This document shows positions 8,375 to 18,315 of a stretch of 64,000 nucleotides of DNA, one piece after another. The notes below the pieces were generated by a model, which was given only the letters and a program-made list of their open reading frames with translations, had not been told where the DNA came from and made no database searches. Position 1 is the stretch's first letter; each line of letters begins with the position of its first letter. Source of the DNA: Muribaculaceae bacterium (GTDB taxonomy: Bacteria > Bacteroidota > Bacteroidia > Bacteroidales > Muribaculaceae); contig JAHHQT010000001.1 in assembly GCA_020026215.1 (NCBI GenBank), positions 483-64,482 on the forward strand, in the 5' to 3' direction. The position numbers and the translations under genes were made by a program.

Positions 8375-11300
8375 TTATCTTACCACAACTTTTGTTCCGT
8401 TGACAATATAGAATCCTGCCATCAGACCTTCAATGATTGTTGTGCCTTCTTCTACATTCACACTTCTTACCATACGGCCTGCAATGTTATAGACATTGAC
8501 CTTTTCAGCAGCATTGGCTTTTACAATGATTCTGCCTTCTGCACCGTAAGCAGCAAGATTTGCCACTTCTATTTCTCCAACTCCAGAGAATGGAGTGAGG
8601 CAAATATCAAAGACTTGATCGCCTGCTGACAAGTTAATCAATTCAGCGTGTTCATATTTGTCATAAGCTTCGACTTCGTCGATAACCAATTTGTAGTCTT
8701 TTTCAGATTGAATGACAGAAATTGAGTACAAGCCTTGTTCGTTAGAAACTGCGCTGTACAAAACTTCACCGGCCATTAATTTCACTTTCACGTTCGAAAG
8801 AGGTCCGTAATCTTTGCTATAAACCTTACCGCTCAAAGTTCTTGGTTCTTTGGCCGTGAATAAAGTTACAGCAGGAACATAGTCTTTTGCATTCCATGAA
8901 GCTGTTGCAATATCCCAATCCGAAGATTTGTAAATAGTATTGCCTGTTGTTGAAGAATCTGCCAAGAACAAAATTTTCTTGTATGATGTTGCACTGGCAA
9001 CCATAGCAACACGTAGATTTTGACCAGTATATTCAAATGGAACTGTAAAGTCAGCTACAATGTATTCAATTGGGTTAGTAACTGAACCGTCTTTTGTAAA
9101 GTCTACCATACCGCTATAGACAAGAGTCATTTGTTTAACGTCTCTCGGTTTGGCAACATCAGCCTTCGCATCAGTTGTATTTTCAACGTAGATTGAAATT
9201 TGGCTCAATAAAGGTTTTTCTGTATCCCAAGTATCAGCATAACCACTATAAGACATTTTTGTAATCTTGGCACCTGCTGACAAAGCCAATTGTTCCGCCG
9301 TATAGACTGTTTGAGTTTCACTGTAATTGCTGTACAATTTTACAGGAGCTTCTTCTATAGTTTCAGAGCCGACACCTACTTTATTTTCGCCTTCAGCCAC
9401 TTCTTCACCAATCAAGATTTCAGACTCATTGGTCTTAATGCAATAGTCGCCTTTCATAAATTCAATGTAGAATGGGAAAGTACCTACAGCATGTGGAGTG
9501 AATGCCATGTCAAATTGAGTTTCTGACAAAGCAGCCAATTCAGGAGTTGTGAATTCGTTAATAAGTTCATTATTATAATAAGCCTTCAATGTATAGGAAT
9601 CCGCAGCTTCAACGCCTGCCATATTTTTAAGGACAGTCGAAATTTGCAATTTATGGTTCACCTTGCCGACTTCAGGGACTCCATTGCTCAAGAACAATAT
9701 ATCATGCTCAACAGGAATGACTTCGTAACCGAAAATATCATCTACACGTGCATAACCACCTTCTATAGCAACATACCATTCTCCTTCTGGAATTGTGTTC
9801 AATGAGAACATAGTGAATTTGTATGTATCATAACCATAGTAGTTCAATTTTTCGTCAGAGAAATCAGCATTGACAAATTCTTTTGCCAAAATCCAGTTAT
9901 TACGGTCTGCTGAATAGTAAACCTTCAAGAAGGAATCACTGCTACGTTTTGAAGCTCTGAAGTTGAACACTTCACCTGCTTTCACTTTCAATTTCGGTGA
10001 AACAATCATTGTAGGATTTGAATAGTTTCCGTTTTCAGCCCAATATTTATTAGTTGCAGTAACATAGTCCGTTGGATCTGAAACGATTTTCCATTCGTTT
10101 CCGAAAATCATATTTGAAGGGATTGAACCGCCTTCAAAGTTTTCATACCAGCTTTTCTTGTCAAGTACAGCACCTGTCATGTTATATTCTTTGGCAGCTA
10201 CTTTTTCGCCTGTGATTTTCAATGTACCATTATATGTTCCGGCTACAGCAGCACTCAAAGTAATAGGAATGGCAACTTCTCCTTGTGGAGCAATAGTTGC
10301 AGGAACTGTAAATGTAGTAGTGTATCCGGCAGGCAATGTGAATTCAGTCACATTCAAAGGAGCCATACCTGTATTTCTGATACGGAAATTACGAGTAAAG
10401 TCCGCATCTTTCACCAAACCGAAATCAAGCACTTCTGTCACAGCGATTTCTTGATCAAAATCAGATGAACAGAACACCATTTCAGGCATATAAGGTTTTG
10501 AATCAATCCAAGCACCTGATACGTTTGTTTTTGTGATATTTTCGCGTACTTTATAATTTTCATATTTGTCAGCATCGCCTGCATCTACTTTGGCAGAAAT
10601 TTTTATGACTGAACTTTTAGCTCCTACAGCCAAGGCTTCTTGGATAGGAACTGTTACGATATCAATAGTTTTTGAATCGTTGTACATGGTCAGTGAATAG
10701 TTTTCCATGCCCGGAGTCAAATCCACTTCACCATTATTTTGTACTGTTACGTCAAATGCAACTTCAAATTGGTTGTTTGCATCTGTAAGAGGTTGAGATT
10801 GTGAGGTTAGGTTACATTCCATAAGCATCAAGGAAGGAACTTTCACAATTTCTGCTTTGTCTGCAACAAATTCATCAATACAGACAGATTCGAAACGCAT
10901 TGCCAAATAGCTTCCGTCGGCTACGGCTGGAAGGGTAATTTTGGTCCATTGAGTCAAGTCCTGGCTCAATTCTGCGTTTGTCACTTCTCTGATTAGTGTT
11001 GTACCGACAGTATATTTATCACCATTTTTGGTACAATTGTAGATTCTTAGATTGGCATCAGAGAATGCCGATTGTTTCTTTAAATAGAAGGATACGTTTC
11101 CCCCAACAGCAGGAGTTACCAAATAGTCATTGGCGTTTTTGGTATCACCATCATCATTCATCAGGCTTTGTGAACCGATTTCAAGATATGCACCATCTTG
11201 ACCTCCGCTAGCCGGATTCTTGTAACTTACATATACAGTAGAGACCCAACTCCATTCACTTGGTTCCAGAGGGTCTGCAATACGACTCCATTTATCAGGA

Positions 11301-11431
11301 GCATAGGTCTTTGATTGACTAACATTCTGATTGTCAAATTTTTCCAAATAATCAGTCACTGTCTCAGCATTCGCTGAAAACAAGAATACTAAAAATACTA
11401 ATACTGCGTATAATCTTTTCATTTCACTCAT
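8375..11431 (-). CDS. T9SS-sorted giant surface protein (adhesin-like; no catalytic motif recognised)
   Basis: The ATG at 11431 (MSEMKRLYAVLVFLVFLFSANA) or 11422 (MKRL...) provides a signal peptide; the track start at 11461 is a TTG. It has N-terminal and central FExG..P modules (YLEKFDNQ..., WYENFEGGSIPSNM), Ig-like repeats, and a carboxypeptidase-regulatory-like segment (LSGKVYSKDYGPLSNVKVKL). The CTD-like end is VNVYNIAGRMV...AGFYIVNGTKVVVR. Confidence 0.85.
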   Translation of the reverse strand: MSEMKRLYAVLVFLVFLFSANAETVTDYLEKFDNQNVSQSKTYAPDKWSRIADPLEPSEWSWVSTVYVSYKNPASGGQDGAYLEIGSQSLMNDDGDTKNANDYLVTPAVGGNVSFYLKKQSAFSDANLRIYNCTKNGDKYTVGTTLIREVTNAELSQDLTQWTKITLPAVADGSYLAMRFESVCIDEFVADKAEIVKVPSLMLMECNLTSQSQPLTDANNQFEVAFDVTVQNNGEVDLTPGMENYSLTMYNDSKTIDIVTVPIQEALAVGAKSSVIKISAKVDAGDADKYENYKVRENITKTNVSGAWIDSKPYMPEMVFCSSDFDQEIAVTEVLDFGLVKDADFTRNFRIRNTGMAPLNVTEFTLPAGYTTTFTVPATIAPQGEVAIPITLSAAVAGTYNGTLKITGEKVAAKEYNMTGAVLDKKSWYENFEGGSIPSNMIFGNEWKIVSDPTDYVTATNKYWAENGNYSNPTMIVSPKLKVKAGEVFNFRASKRSSDSFLKVYYSADRNNWILAKEFVNADFSDEKLNYYGYDTYKFTMFSLNTIPEGEWYVAIEGGYARVDDIFGYEVIPVEHDILFLSNGVPEVGKVNHKLQISTVLKNMAGVEAADSYTLKAYYNNELINEFTTPELAALSETQFDMAFTPHAVGTFPFYIEFMKGDYCIKTNESEILIGEEVAEGENKVGVGSETIEEAPVKLYSNYSETQTVYTAEQLALSAGAKITKMSYSGYADTWDTEKPLLSQISIYVENTTDAKADVAKPRDVKQMTLVYSGMVDFTKDGSVTNPIEYIVADFTVPFEYTGQNLRVAMVASATSYKKILFLADSSTTGNTIYKSSDWDIATASWNAKDYVPAVTLFTAKEPRTLSGKVYSKDYGPLSNVKVKLMAGEVLYSAVSNEQGLYSISVIQSEKDYKLVIDEVEAYDKYEHAELINLSAGDQVFDICLTPFSGVGEIEVANLAAYGAEGRIIVKANAAEKVNVYNIAGRMVRSVNVEEGTTIIEGLMAGFYIVNGTKVVVR

Positions 11432-11460
11432 GGCCTTTATTATAGTATTTATTAAAATCA

Positions 11461-11488
11461 AATAGCCTCTTCCTTCAAAGAGGCTATT
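11461..11488 (-). terminator. Intergenic hairpin (terminator or attenuator) between T9SS genes
   Basis: AATAGCCTCT (11461..11470) pairs with AGAGGCTATT (11479..11488) as a perfect 10-bp stem. T-rich sequence follows on the minus strand. The hairpin lies about 30 nt before the next start codon. Confidence 0.55.
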
Positions 11489-11522
11489 TGGGTTATTAAA
11501 GAATTTTCGTTATTATCTGTTC

Positions 11523-14500
11523 TTATTTTTTAATGAATCGGGTTGAGAAAGTGTTTTCGTTAGTTTGAACCATCATGACGTAAACACCTGCCGGCAACTC
11601 TTCAGCGTTCACTTCGTTGGTTGCTTCAGCTCTCAAGACTATTGCGCCAGCCATATTCATAACAGAAATATTAGCAACTTCAACACCTTTCACTCTTACC
11701 ACGGATGTTGCAGGGTTAGGATATACTGACAATTTACCTTCGTTCATTACTGTTTCAACACCTGCATCAAACCCTGTGAAATGTTCGAAATAGAAGTCAT
11801 CGAAGAATGCACCCAAACCGTTTAGCACAGTGTGACGAAGTGCGATATAAACTTTTTGTCCTGCATATTTGCTCAAATCTACATTGTAAACTTTGTAACC
11901 GAGTTTGTCATACAATGGCAATTCCACTTTGTCCATTACTGTTTCAAATGCCTTAGTGTCATTGTTCACTGTTGTGCTAACCAATACTTCGATTGATGAC
12001 GGAGTTCCAGGCAATACAGAGTTAATACTTTCCCAGTTACGAGCGTGAAACTTGAAATTAGATTGAGCAGTTGCAACCATTGCGTTGCTAATTAACCAGT
12101 CGTCTGTCATAAGACCTTCTTCAAAAGGAGTCAATGCAACCAAAACTTTACCACCGGAAACAGGTTCAATCACATTATTCCAAGTTTTGTCTTCTTGTAC
12201 AGAGAATGCAAATGGTTGACCGTAGCCGGGGAATTCCAAACCAGTCAAGAAAGCAGTAGGTTTTCTATCAACATCAATAGTGGTGAAGCCTTCCGGGTTG
12301 AATTCACCGGCAACATCGTTTTCGAAGTTATAGTATCTGATATCTTCTGACAAACCATTACCCTTAACTGGCAAGCTGACTTTATAACCGCCTTCAAATG
12401 TAACGACCATATTGTCACTAACTTCTTTCGCAGCAGTCAAAGCATTGAATATGATAGTGAATGCAACGCCTTTCTTAACCTCCAACACTGTTCCTACAGC
12501 CAAAGAGCTTTCGAAGTTAGGAGTTGAGAATTGTACGCTTTCCACTTTCAAAGTCTTGTTACCTTCGTTAGAAAGAGTGATGATGTTACCGGAATTTGTT
12601 GATTGGTTGAAGTTCACTGAACCAGCATTCCATTCCATAACATTGAATCCTGCCATTTCCTCAGAAGCGGCTTCGACAATGATGTTATCCAAAGAAACGC
12701 CTATTGCCTTCATATAGTCAAGAACGCAGTAACGCCAGCGGAATGAAACAGTCTTGCCTTTGTATGGAGCCAAGTCAACACGTTCGCGACACCAAAATGT
12801 ATTTGTCTTATCAGAAATGATGGCTAATTGTTTCCAAGCCCCGTCAACATAAATTTCAAAATAGCAAGCGTCGATATTGTCGGCTGCAACAGTTTTGTTT
12901 TCCACCAAACCAGAATCGTCTTTTTGAAGACCGACGCACATATCGTTACCCCAATAGAATGACATTTTCATTTTCTTGTCAGCAGGCAACACAAAAAGTG
13001 GAGTTTCAAGAACTGTTTCTTGGTTATTGCCACCTGCGTGAGCAGAAACAGAAGACTTCCCGTCAAACGGACTTGTTTCATTCAATCTCCATTTTGTATA
13101 ACCACCACTTGAGACTCTCCAGCCTAATGACGGGAACACCTCTCCCTCAAACCCTTCTATGTAAGGGTATGATTTCACTGTTTGGTCTGCCACTGTTGTA
13201 AATTTCCAAGTAGCAACGTTTTGAGTTTCACCAACTTCATTGTAAGGAACCACTTTCCAGTTGTATGTTGTACCAACAGCACAACCCTTAACGATATATG
13301 ATGTAGCTTCTTTCACGTCAACACCGTTTACAACGTTTGTTGCAGCAGCATCTGAACCGACATATACTTTATAGCCTTGTGCGAATTGTGCGTGTTTCCA
13401 CTTCAATTCGATTTCTTTTTCATATAGATTTTCTGCATTATTTTCAGGAGTAATGGCTTCTGTTGGCATTGGAACACCACCGATACCATATACGCATGGC
13501 AAGATCACTCTATCCAAGAAGAATACACTGATTTCTGACATCAAACCGTCATTGCCATAGCTTAGTGGGCTGTAAACCCATTTCAAATAACAGTTGTCTG
13601 AAGCTGGAGTACCAAGATCAACCTCTACTTCTCTCAATTCATTGAATCCGTCTTCTGAATCGATGATATCTTTAACAGTCCAAGTCTTACCACCATCAGT
13701 AGAAAGCATTACCTTAATATCTGTAGTAGCTACAGTTGTACCGTCTTCTGAATAATATTGGTTGAAATAAGTAAATGCCGTTTTGTGTGTACCTGTTGAA
13801 AGGTCAAGTCTCGGAGAAATCAATTCGCAGGCTTGGTTAACTTCACCAGAGCAATAAGCTGTCAATTCACCTTCGAATGCAGAACCTGTTGTTCTCCAAC
13901 CGTTATTGTAAGACCATCCTGCCGGTGGCATACCCTGTTCGAAACCTTCAAACATGCAACCATTTGACAACGCAACCTTATCGGCAACGAATTGTACTTT
14001 CACATCACCGCCGTTAGTTTTGATGATAACATCACCTTTTGCTGGAGTTGTCAAACCTGCTGAATAGCTGATACTGAAATCATAAGTTTCGTTTTTGTCC
14101 AAATTCACATCTTCAGGCTTGATAGTTGTTCCAATACCATTAGGAGCTTCGACTCTCAACACTTTCAAGCCTTTAGCACCGACGTTCTTCAATGAGATAG
14201 CTTCTGAATACATCTTTGAGCCAACATAAACTCGACCGAAGCTGTACATTGTCTTTGACAAAGAAGGTTTAGAAGTTGTAATCGGAGTAAATTTCTTAAC
14301 GACAACGTCATCAATATAACCTATATTAGCACCTTTTTTAAACATTTTGTGAACGAATGCCACTTTTACTTTCTTGCCTTTGTATTGGCTCAAGTCAACT
14401 AATGATTTATAAGTAGTCCAACCCGTCCAAGGGAACTTTGGAACACCACTTTCTTTTAATTGTTCTGGATTTGAAAAAGACCATACCACAGGTGCGTTTT

Positions 14501-14939
14501 TAGGATCTACACCAACTTCCACTACACGCACTTGCATGTCGTATTCTTTTTTTTCCAAAGCTGAGGCAGATGCACCTTTCCATAGGAATGACAATTCATA
14601 AGTGTCATCCAAGTTCAATTCCGGAGTCAAAAGGATTTCTTCTTTCGGACCGTAAGCAGAAAGATCGTCGGCCTGTGTAAATGAAGAAGCTGCATCAATA
14701 CATGCAGAGTGCTTTCCACCTAACATGCCACCCTTTGAATAATAATTGTGCCAACGATATTTGTCGACATTACCTACATAATGTGATACAACAGACCAAC
14801 CTGTTGGCATATTCACATCAATAAAAGACTCCTGACCTCCGTCAGATCCGCTCTCAAAATCCTCATTGAGGATGGTTTGTGCAGATGCGGAAAATGCGAA
14901 ACCGCATAACATCGTTAAAAACAGACGACTTACTTTCAT
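11523..14939 (-). CDS. T9SS-sorted giant surface protein with four choice-of-anchor-J-like modules and an FN3-like domain
   Basis: Signal peptide MKVSRLFLTMLCGFAFSASAQ. Module starts recur: NEDFESGSDGG...PTGW, MFEGFEQGMPPAGW, YIEGFEGEVFPSLGW, YYNFENDVAGEFNPEGF. DDWLISN is present. An FN3-like stretch reads IELKWKHAQFAQGYKVYVG...YNWKVVPYN. The canonical CTD is LSVYPNPATSVVRVKG...AGVYVMMVQTNENTFSTRFIKK. Confidence 0.9.
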   Translation of the reverse strand: MKVSRLFLTMLCGFAFSASAQTILNEDFESGSDGGQESFIDVNMPTGWSVVSHYVGNVDKYRWHNYYSKGGMLGGKHSACIDAASSFTQADDLSAYGPKEEILLTPELNLDDTYELSFLWKGASASALEKKEYDMQVRVVEVGVDPKNAPVVWSFSNPEQLKESGVPKFPWTGWTTYKSLVDLSQYKGKKVKVAFVHKMFKKGANIGYIDDVVVKKFTPITTSKPSLSKTMYSFGRVYVGSKMYSEAISLKNVGAKGLKVLRVEAPNGIGTTIKPEDVNLDKNETYDFSISYSAGLTTPAKGDVIIKTNGGDVKVQFVADKVALSNGCMFEGFEQGMPPAGWSYNNGWRTTGSAFEGELTAYCSGEVNQACELISPRLDLSTGTHKTAFTYFNQYYSEDGTTVATTDIKVMLSTDGGKTWTVKDIIDSEDGFNELREVEVDLGTPASDNCYLKWVYSPLSYGNDGLMSEISVFFLDRVILPCVYGIGGVPMPTEAITPENNAENLYEKEIELKWKHAQFAQGYKVYVGSDAAATNVVNGVDVKEATSYIVKGCAVGTTYNWKVVPYNEVGETQNVATWKFTTVADQTVKSYPYIEGFEGEVFPSLGWRVSSGGYTKWRLNETSPFDGKSSVSAHAGGNNQETVLETPLFVLPADKKMKMSFYWGNDMCVGLQKDDSGLVENKTVAADNIDACYFEIYVDGAWKQLAIISDKTNTFWCRERVDLAPYKGKTVSFRWRYCVLDYMKAIGVSLDNIIVEAASEEMAGFNVMEWNAGSVNFNQSTNSGNIITLSNEGNKTLKVESVQFSTPNFESSLAVGTVLEVKKGVAFTIIFNALTAAKEVSDNMVVTFEGGYKVSLPVKGNGLSEDIRYYNFENDVAGEFNPEGFTTIDVDRKPTAFLTGLEFPGYGQPFAFSVQEDKTWNNVIEPVSGGKVLVALTPFEEGLMTDDWLISNAMVATAQSNFKFHARNWESINSVLPGTPSSIEVLVSTTVNNDTKAFETVMDKVELPLYDKLGYKVYNVDLSKYAGQKVYIALRHTVLNGLGAFFDDFYFEHFTGFDAGVETVMNEGKLSVYPNPATSVVRVKGVEVANISVMNMAGAIVLRAEATNEVNAEELPAGVYVMMVQTNENTFSTRFIKK

Positions 14940-15009
14940 AAATAAATGACTTTATGTAATAGAGTTATAATTTATTATTTTTTGGAATGATTTTTCATCA
15001 TCTTCTTTG

Positions 15010-15017
15010 CAAAGATA
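15010..15017 (-). promoter_or_regulatory. -7 promoter box (TATCTTTG on the minus strand)
   Basis: CAAAGATA on the plus strand, 71 nt upstream of the ATG at 14939. Confidence 0.4.
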
Positions 15018-15211
15018 GAAAAATTCTTAAACATCATAAAATTTTAAAGAAAAAATTTATTTTTGTTATAAAAATGAGCGTTTTTAAAGAAAAATACCGC
15101 ATTTTTTAAGGACTTTATACAAAATCAAATTATAAATCCACTTCTTTTATTATAAAATATAAGTAATACTTATTATAATTGGTATAATTTGTGGCATCTG
15201 AAATAAAATAT

Positions 15212-15219
15212 TATTTTTG
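15212..15219 (+). promoter_or_regulatory. -7 promoter box TATTTTTG
   Basis: Lies 32 nt upstream of the asnA ATG at 15251 and inside the track's GTG-extended ORF. This argues for the shorter start. Confidence 0.45.
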
Positions 15220-15250
15220 TCGCTCATACATTTATAAAAGATATAAAATC

Positions 15251-16285
15251 ATGGGTCTTATCATTCCAAAGAAATATAATTTGAAGCTTTTGCCTGAAAC
15301 TACTGAAATTGCTATCAAAATGATTAAAGATGCTTTTCAAGTCCGTTTGTCAAAGGCTTTGAACTTACGTCGTGTAACAGCTCCCCTATTCGTCTTGTCA
15401 GGCACAGGTCTGAACGATGACTTGAATGGTGTGGAACATGCCGTAGGTTTCAACATTAAATGTATGGGCGGACGACATGCCGAAGTGGTTCACTCTTTGG
15501 CAAAATGGAAGAGGACCAAATTGGGTGCCTACGACATTGCTCCGGGGTTCGGTCTTTATACCGATATGAACGCCATTCGTACCGATGAGGATTTGGACAA
15601 CATCCACTCGCTCTATGTGGACCAATGGGACTGGGAGCAGACTATTAATAAGGAAGACCGCACTTTGGAATATCTGATTGCCACAGTCAAGAAGATTTAT
15701 AAGGCATTGAAGGAAACGGAAGAAATCATCTACGAACGTTTTCCTCACATCACCCCCGTACTTCCCGACGACATCAAGGCGATTCATTCAGAAGAACTGC
15801 TTCAAATGTATCCCGATTGCGATGCCAAGGAACGCGAACGCCTGATTACAAAAAAATATCGCGCCGTGTTTATCGTAGGCATCGGTGCTCCCCTATCCAA
15901 CGGCGAACCTCACGACAATCGTGCTCCCGACTATGATGACTGGATTACACCGAACAGCGACGGCTATTTGGGTTTGAACGGCGATATCATGCTTTGGAAC
16001 GACATTCTGGACATTCCATTTGAATTGTCATCAATGGGTATCCGTGTCAGCGCAGAATCGCTGGCGCAACAGTTGAAAGTACGCAACTGCGAAGAAAAAC
16101 GCGAATTGCAATTCCACAAGGCATTGTTGAACGGCCAACTGCCTTATTCTATAGGTGGCGGTATCGGTCAAAGCCGTTTGTGTATGTTCCTATTGCAAAA
16201 GGCACACATCGGCGAAGTACAGGCAAGCATCTGGCCCGAAGAGCATCTCAAGGCTTGCAAGGAAAAGAACATATTCCTAATGTAA
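15251..16285 (+). CDS. asnA: Aspartate--ammonia ligase (asparagine synthetase A)
   Basis: Blocks shared with E. coli AsnA: EVVHSLAKWKR, YVDQWDWE, RAPDYDDW, GLNGDI, ELSSMGIRV, GGGIGQSRL. Confidence 0.92.
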   Translation: MGLIIPKKYNLKLLPETTEIAIKMIKDAFQVRLSKALNLRRVTAPLFVLSGTGLNDDLNGVEHAVGFNIKCMGGRHAEVVHSLAKWKRTKLGAYDIAPGFGLYTDMNAIRTDEDLDNIHSLYVDQWDWEQTINKEDRTLEYLIATVKKIYKALKETEEIIYERFPHITPVLPDDIKAIHSEELLQMYPDCDAKERERLITKKYRAVFIVGIGAPLSNGEPHDNRAPDYDDWITPNSDGYLGLNGDIMLWNDILDIPFELSSMGIRVSAESLAQQLKVRNCEEKRELQFHKALLNGQLPYSIGGGIGQSRLCMFLLQKAHIGEVQASIWPEEHLKACKEKNIFLM

Positions 16286-16294
16286 CCATATAAA

Positions 16295-16327
16295 AGAGGC
16301 TGAATCAAGAAATTTAATTCAGCCTCT
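16295..16327 (+). terminator. Rho-independent terminator of asnA
   Basis: AGAGGCTGAAT (16295..16305) pairs with ATTCAGCCTCT (16317..16327) as a perfect 11-bp stem, followed by TTTTTT. Confidence 0.85.
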
Positions 16328-16438
16328 TTTTTTATTACTGTCTGATATCCAGATAGACTAAATTGATTCGTCCTATAAAAGCAAACATTGAAAAGTATAA
16401 ATTCCGTTTTTACAATTTCTCACAAACAGATATTTTCC

Positions 16439-16446
16439 TAACTTTG
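16439..16446 (+). promoter_or_regulatory. -7 promoter box TAACTTTG
   Basis: Lies 32 nt upstream of the queF ATG at 16479. Confidence 0.45.
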
Positions 16447-16478
16447 CATGACTTTCTTTAATAGGAAATCATATAATT

Positions 16479-16952
16479 ATGTCAAGAACTAATGAAGATT
16501 TAAAAGGTGTTACTCTTTTAGGCAACACAGCAACAAAATATCCCGACCAATATGCGCCGGAAGTACTGGAAACATTCAAGAACAAACATCCCGAAAACGA
16601 ATATTTGGTGACATTCACTTGTCCCGAATTTACCAGCCTTTGTCCGAAGACCGGCCAACCGGACTTTGCCAAAATCATCATCAACTACATTCCACGCGAA
16701 GACATGGTGGAAAGTAAGAGTTTGAAACTCTATCTGTTCAGCTTCCGCAACCATGGAGATTTCCACGAAGACTGCGTGAATATCATCATGAAGGATTTGA
16801 AGAAATTAATGAATCCCCGCTATATCGAAGTGCGCGGTTTGTTCACTCCTCGCGGCGGTATCGCCATTCTTCCATTTGCCAACTATGGTGACGACGAGCA
16901 CCAGGATTTGGTAAAATCTCGTTTGGCAGCCAGTTTCATTGACAACTTTTAG
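16479..16952 (+). CDS. queF: NADPH-dependent 7-cyano-7-deazaguanine (preQ0) reductase, unimodular type
   Basis: 157 aa. Carries the catalytic-Cys block [15 protein letters not shown] and the QueF motif [14 protein letters not shown]. Confidence 0.92.
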   Translation: MSRTNEDLKGVTLLGNTATKYPDQYAPEVLETFKNKHPENEYLVTFTCPEFTSLCPKTGQPDFAKIIINYIPREDMVESKSLKLYLFSFRNHGDFHEDCVNIIMKDLKKLMNPRYIEVRGLFTPRGGIAILPFANYGDDEHQDLVKSRLAASFIDNF

Positions 16953-16955
16953 GTT

Positions 16956-17612
16956 ATGGAAAAGGATGCAATCATTGTCCTGTCGGGAGGCATGGACTCT
17001 GTCACAATGCTCTACGACTATAAGGACAGAATCGCCTTGGCGGTCACTTTTGACTACGGCTCTAACCACAACAAGATTGAAGCGGAATATGCCGCCATGC
17101 ATTGTCAACGATTGGGAATCAAGCACTTGATTATCCCTTTGAGCTTTATGTGGCAATATTTCAAAAGTTCGTTATTGGAAGGTGCGGATGCCATTCCCGA
17201 AGGCGACTATAGCGAAGACAACATGAAATCAACAGTCGTTCCATTCCGCAACGGTATCATGCTTTCCATTGCCTGTGGACTGGCAGAAAGCTACGGATTA
17301 AAAGAGGTATTGATTGCCAACCATTTCGGCGACCATGATATCTATCCCGATTGTCGTGCTGAATTTATCAACGCCATGTCGCAAGCCATGCAAAACGGTA
17401 CTTACGACGGCGTGAAGATTTTTGCACCTTATACCAATATCTCAAAGACAGACATTGCCCGTCGTGGGAAAGCCCTCAACTTGGACTATTCCGAAACCTA
17501 CTCGTGCTACAAAGGTGGGAAAAAACACTGCGGAAAATGTGGCACTTGCCGTGAACGCAAGGAAGCCCTACACGATGCCGGTATCGTCGATACCACAGAA
17601 TACGAAGACTAA
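16956..17612 (+). CDS. queC: 7-cyano-7-deazaguanine synthase
   Basis: Has the PP-loop VLSGGMDSV and the C-terminal Zn-cysteine cluster CYKGGKKHCGKCGTCRERKEA. It starts 4 nt after the queF stop. Confidence 0.92.
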   Translation: MEKDAIIVLSGGMDSVTMLYDYKDRIALAVTFDYGSNHNKIEAEYAAMHCQRLGIKHLIIPLSFMWQYFKSSLLEGADAIPEGDYSEDNMKSTVVPFRNGIMLSIACGLAESYGLKEVLIANHFGDHDIYPDCRAEFINAMSQAMQNGTYDGVKIFAPYTNISKTDIARRGKALNLDYSETYSCYKGGKKHCGKCGTCRERKEALHDAGIVDTTEYED

Positions 17613-17631
17613 TTTTCTGACTGAATAAAGC

Positions 17632-17673
17632 ATCCGTTGGTAGATTGTAATATAAATGCTTCTACCAACGGAT
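17632..17673. terminator. Bidirectional hairpin terminator (queC and the convergent OMP gene)
   Basis: ATCCGTTGGTAGA (17632..17644) pairs with TCTACCAACGGAT (17661..17673) as a perfect 13-bp stem. Confidence 0.7.
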
Positions 17674-17758
17674 ATTTAAATTCACAAATCAGCATTGTCA
17701 GATGCTAATATGGATTAATAATTGTCAGCAATTTAGAATTCGAAGGCAACTTTAGCCA

Positions 17759-18289
17759 CTAAAGAGTGAAAGAAAGTACGTTCCTTAAACTCGTTCGTGT
17801 ACCATAATTCTGCTTGATTTCACTACCTTGTAGCAAATAACCCACACCAAGTTTCCATGCTGTATTTCGACCTACACCCCAACGGAATCCCACTGTCGGA
17901 CTAAAATAGACTCCGTCTTTAGGAATTACATCATCATAAGAAAGGCCGAAGCAATAACCAATTCTCAAATCAGCAAACGGAGCAATAGTTTTCTGCATAA
18001 ATGTAGCTTCAAAATCAGCAAAAAGAGGTAATGTAACCTGCTGTGTTACTTGCCAAACCTGAATACCCGTACCGATACCGGCTGACAACCAATGATTGAA
18101 CTGATATCCGTTCACCAGCAGTACTTCCATACGGTTGTGTCCGTCATCGCCTGCACCGGCAGCAAATCCTAATTCAACACTTCCTTTGTACCCCTTCAAT
18201 ACCGGGTGCTCTCCATTAGTTGTCTGTGCAAATGTGAGCATGGCAAAGCAACAGGACATCATAAGTCCTAAAATTCTTTGTTTTGTCAT
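17759..18289 (-). CDS. Small outer-membrane beta-barrel protein (8-strand porin-family-like)
   Basis: 176 aa. Signal peptide MTKQRILGLMMSCCFAMLTFAQT. Alternating aromatic/Gly beta-strand pattern (VELGFAAGAG, FRWGVGRNTAWKLGVGYLL). Confidence 0.7.
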   Translation of the reverse strand: MTKQRILGLMMSCCFAMLTFAQTTNGEHPVLKGYKGSVELGFAAGAGDDGHNRMEVLLVNGYQFNHWLSAGIGTGIQVWQVTQQVTLPLFADFEATFMQKTIAPFADLRIGYCFGLSYDDVIPKDGVYFSPTVGFRWGVGRNTAWKLGVGYLLQGSEIKQNYGTRTSLRNVLSFTL

Positions 18290-18315
18290 TGTTCTTTTTA
18301 GTTTTTAAAATCGCG

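Noticed and set aside
16335-16478. Possible preQ1 riboswitch upstream of queF-queC.
   Set aside because: With the -7 box at 16439..16446 the leader is only about 25-30 nt. I find no preQ1-I-like stem followed by an A-rich tail (no AAAAAACUA-type element) anywhere in 16335..16478.
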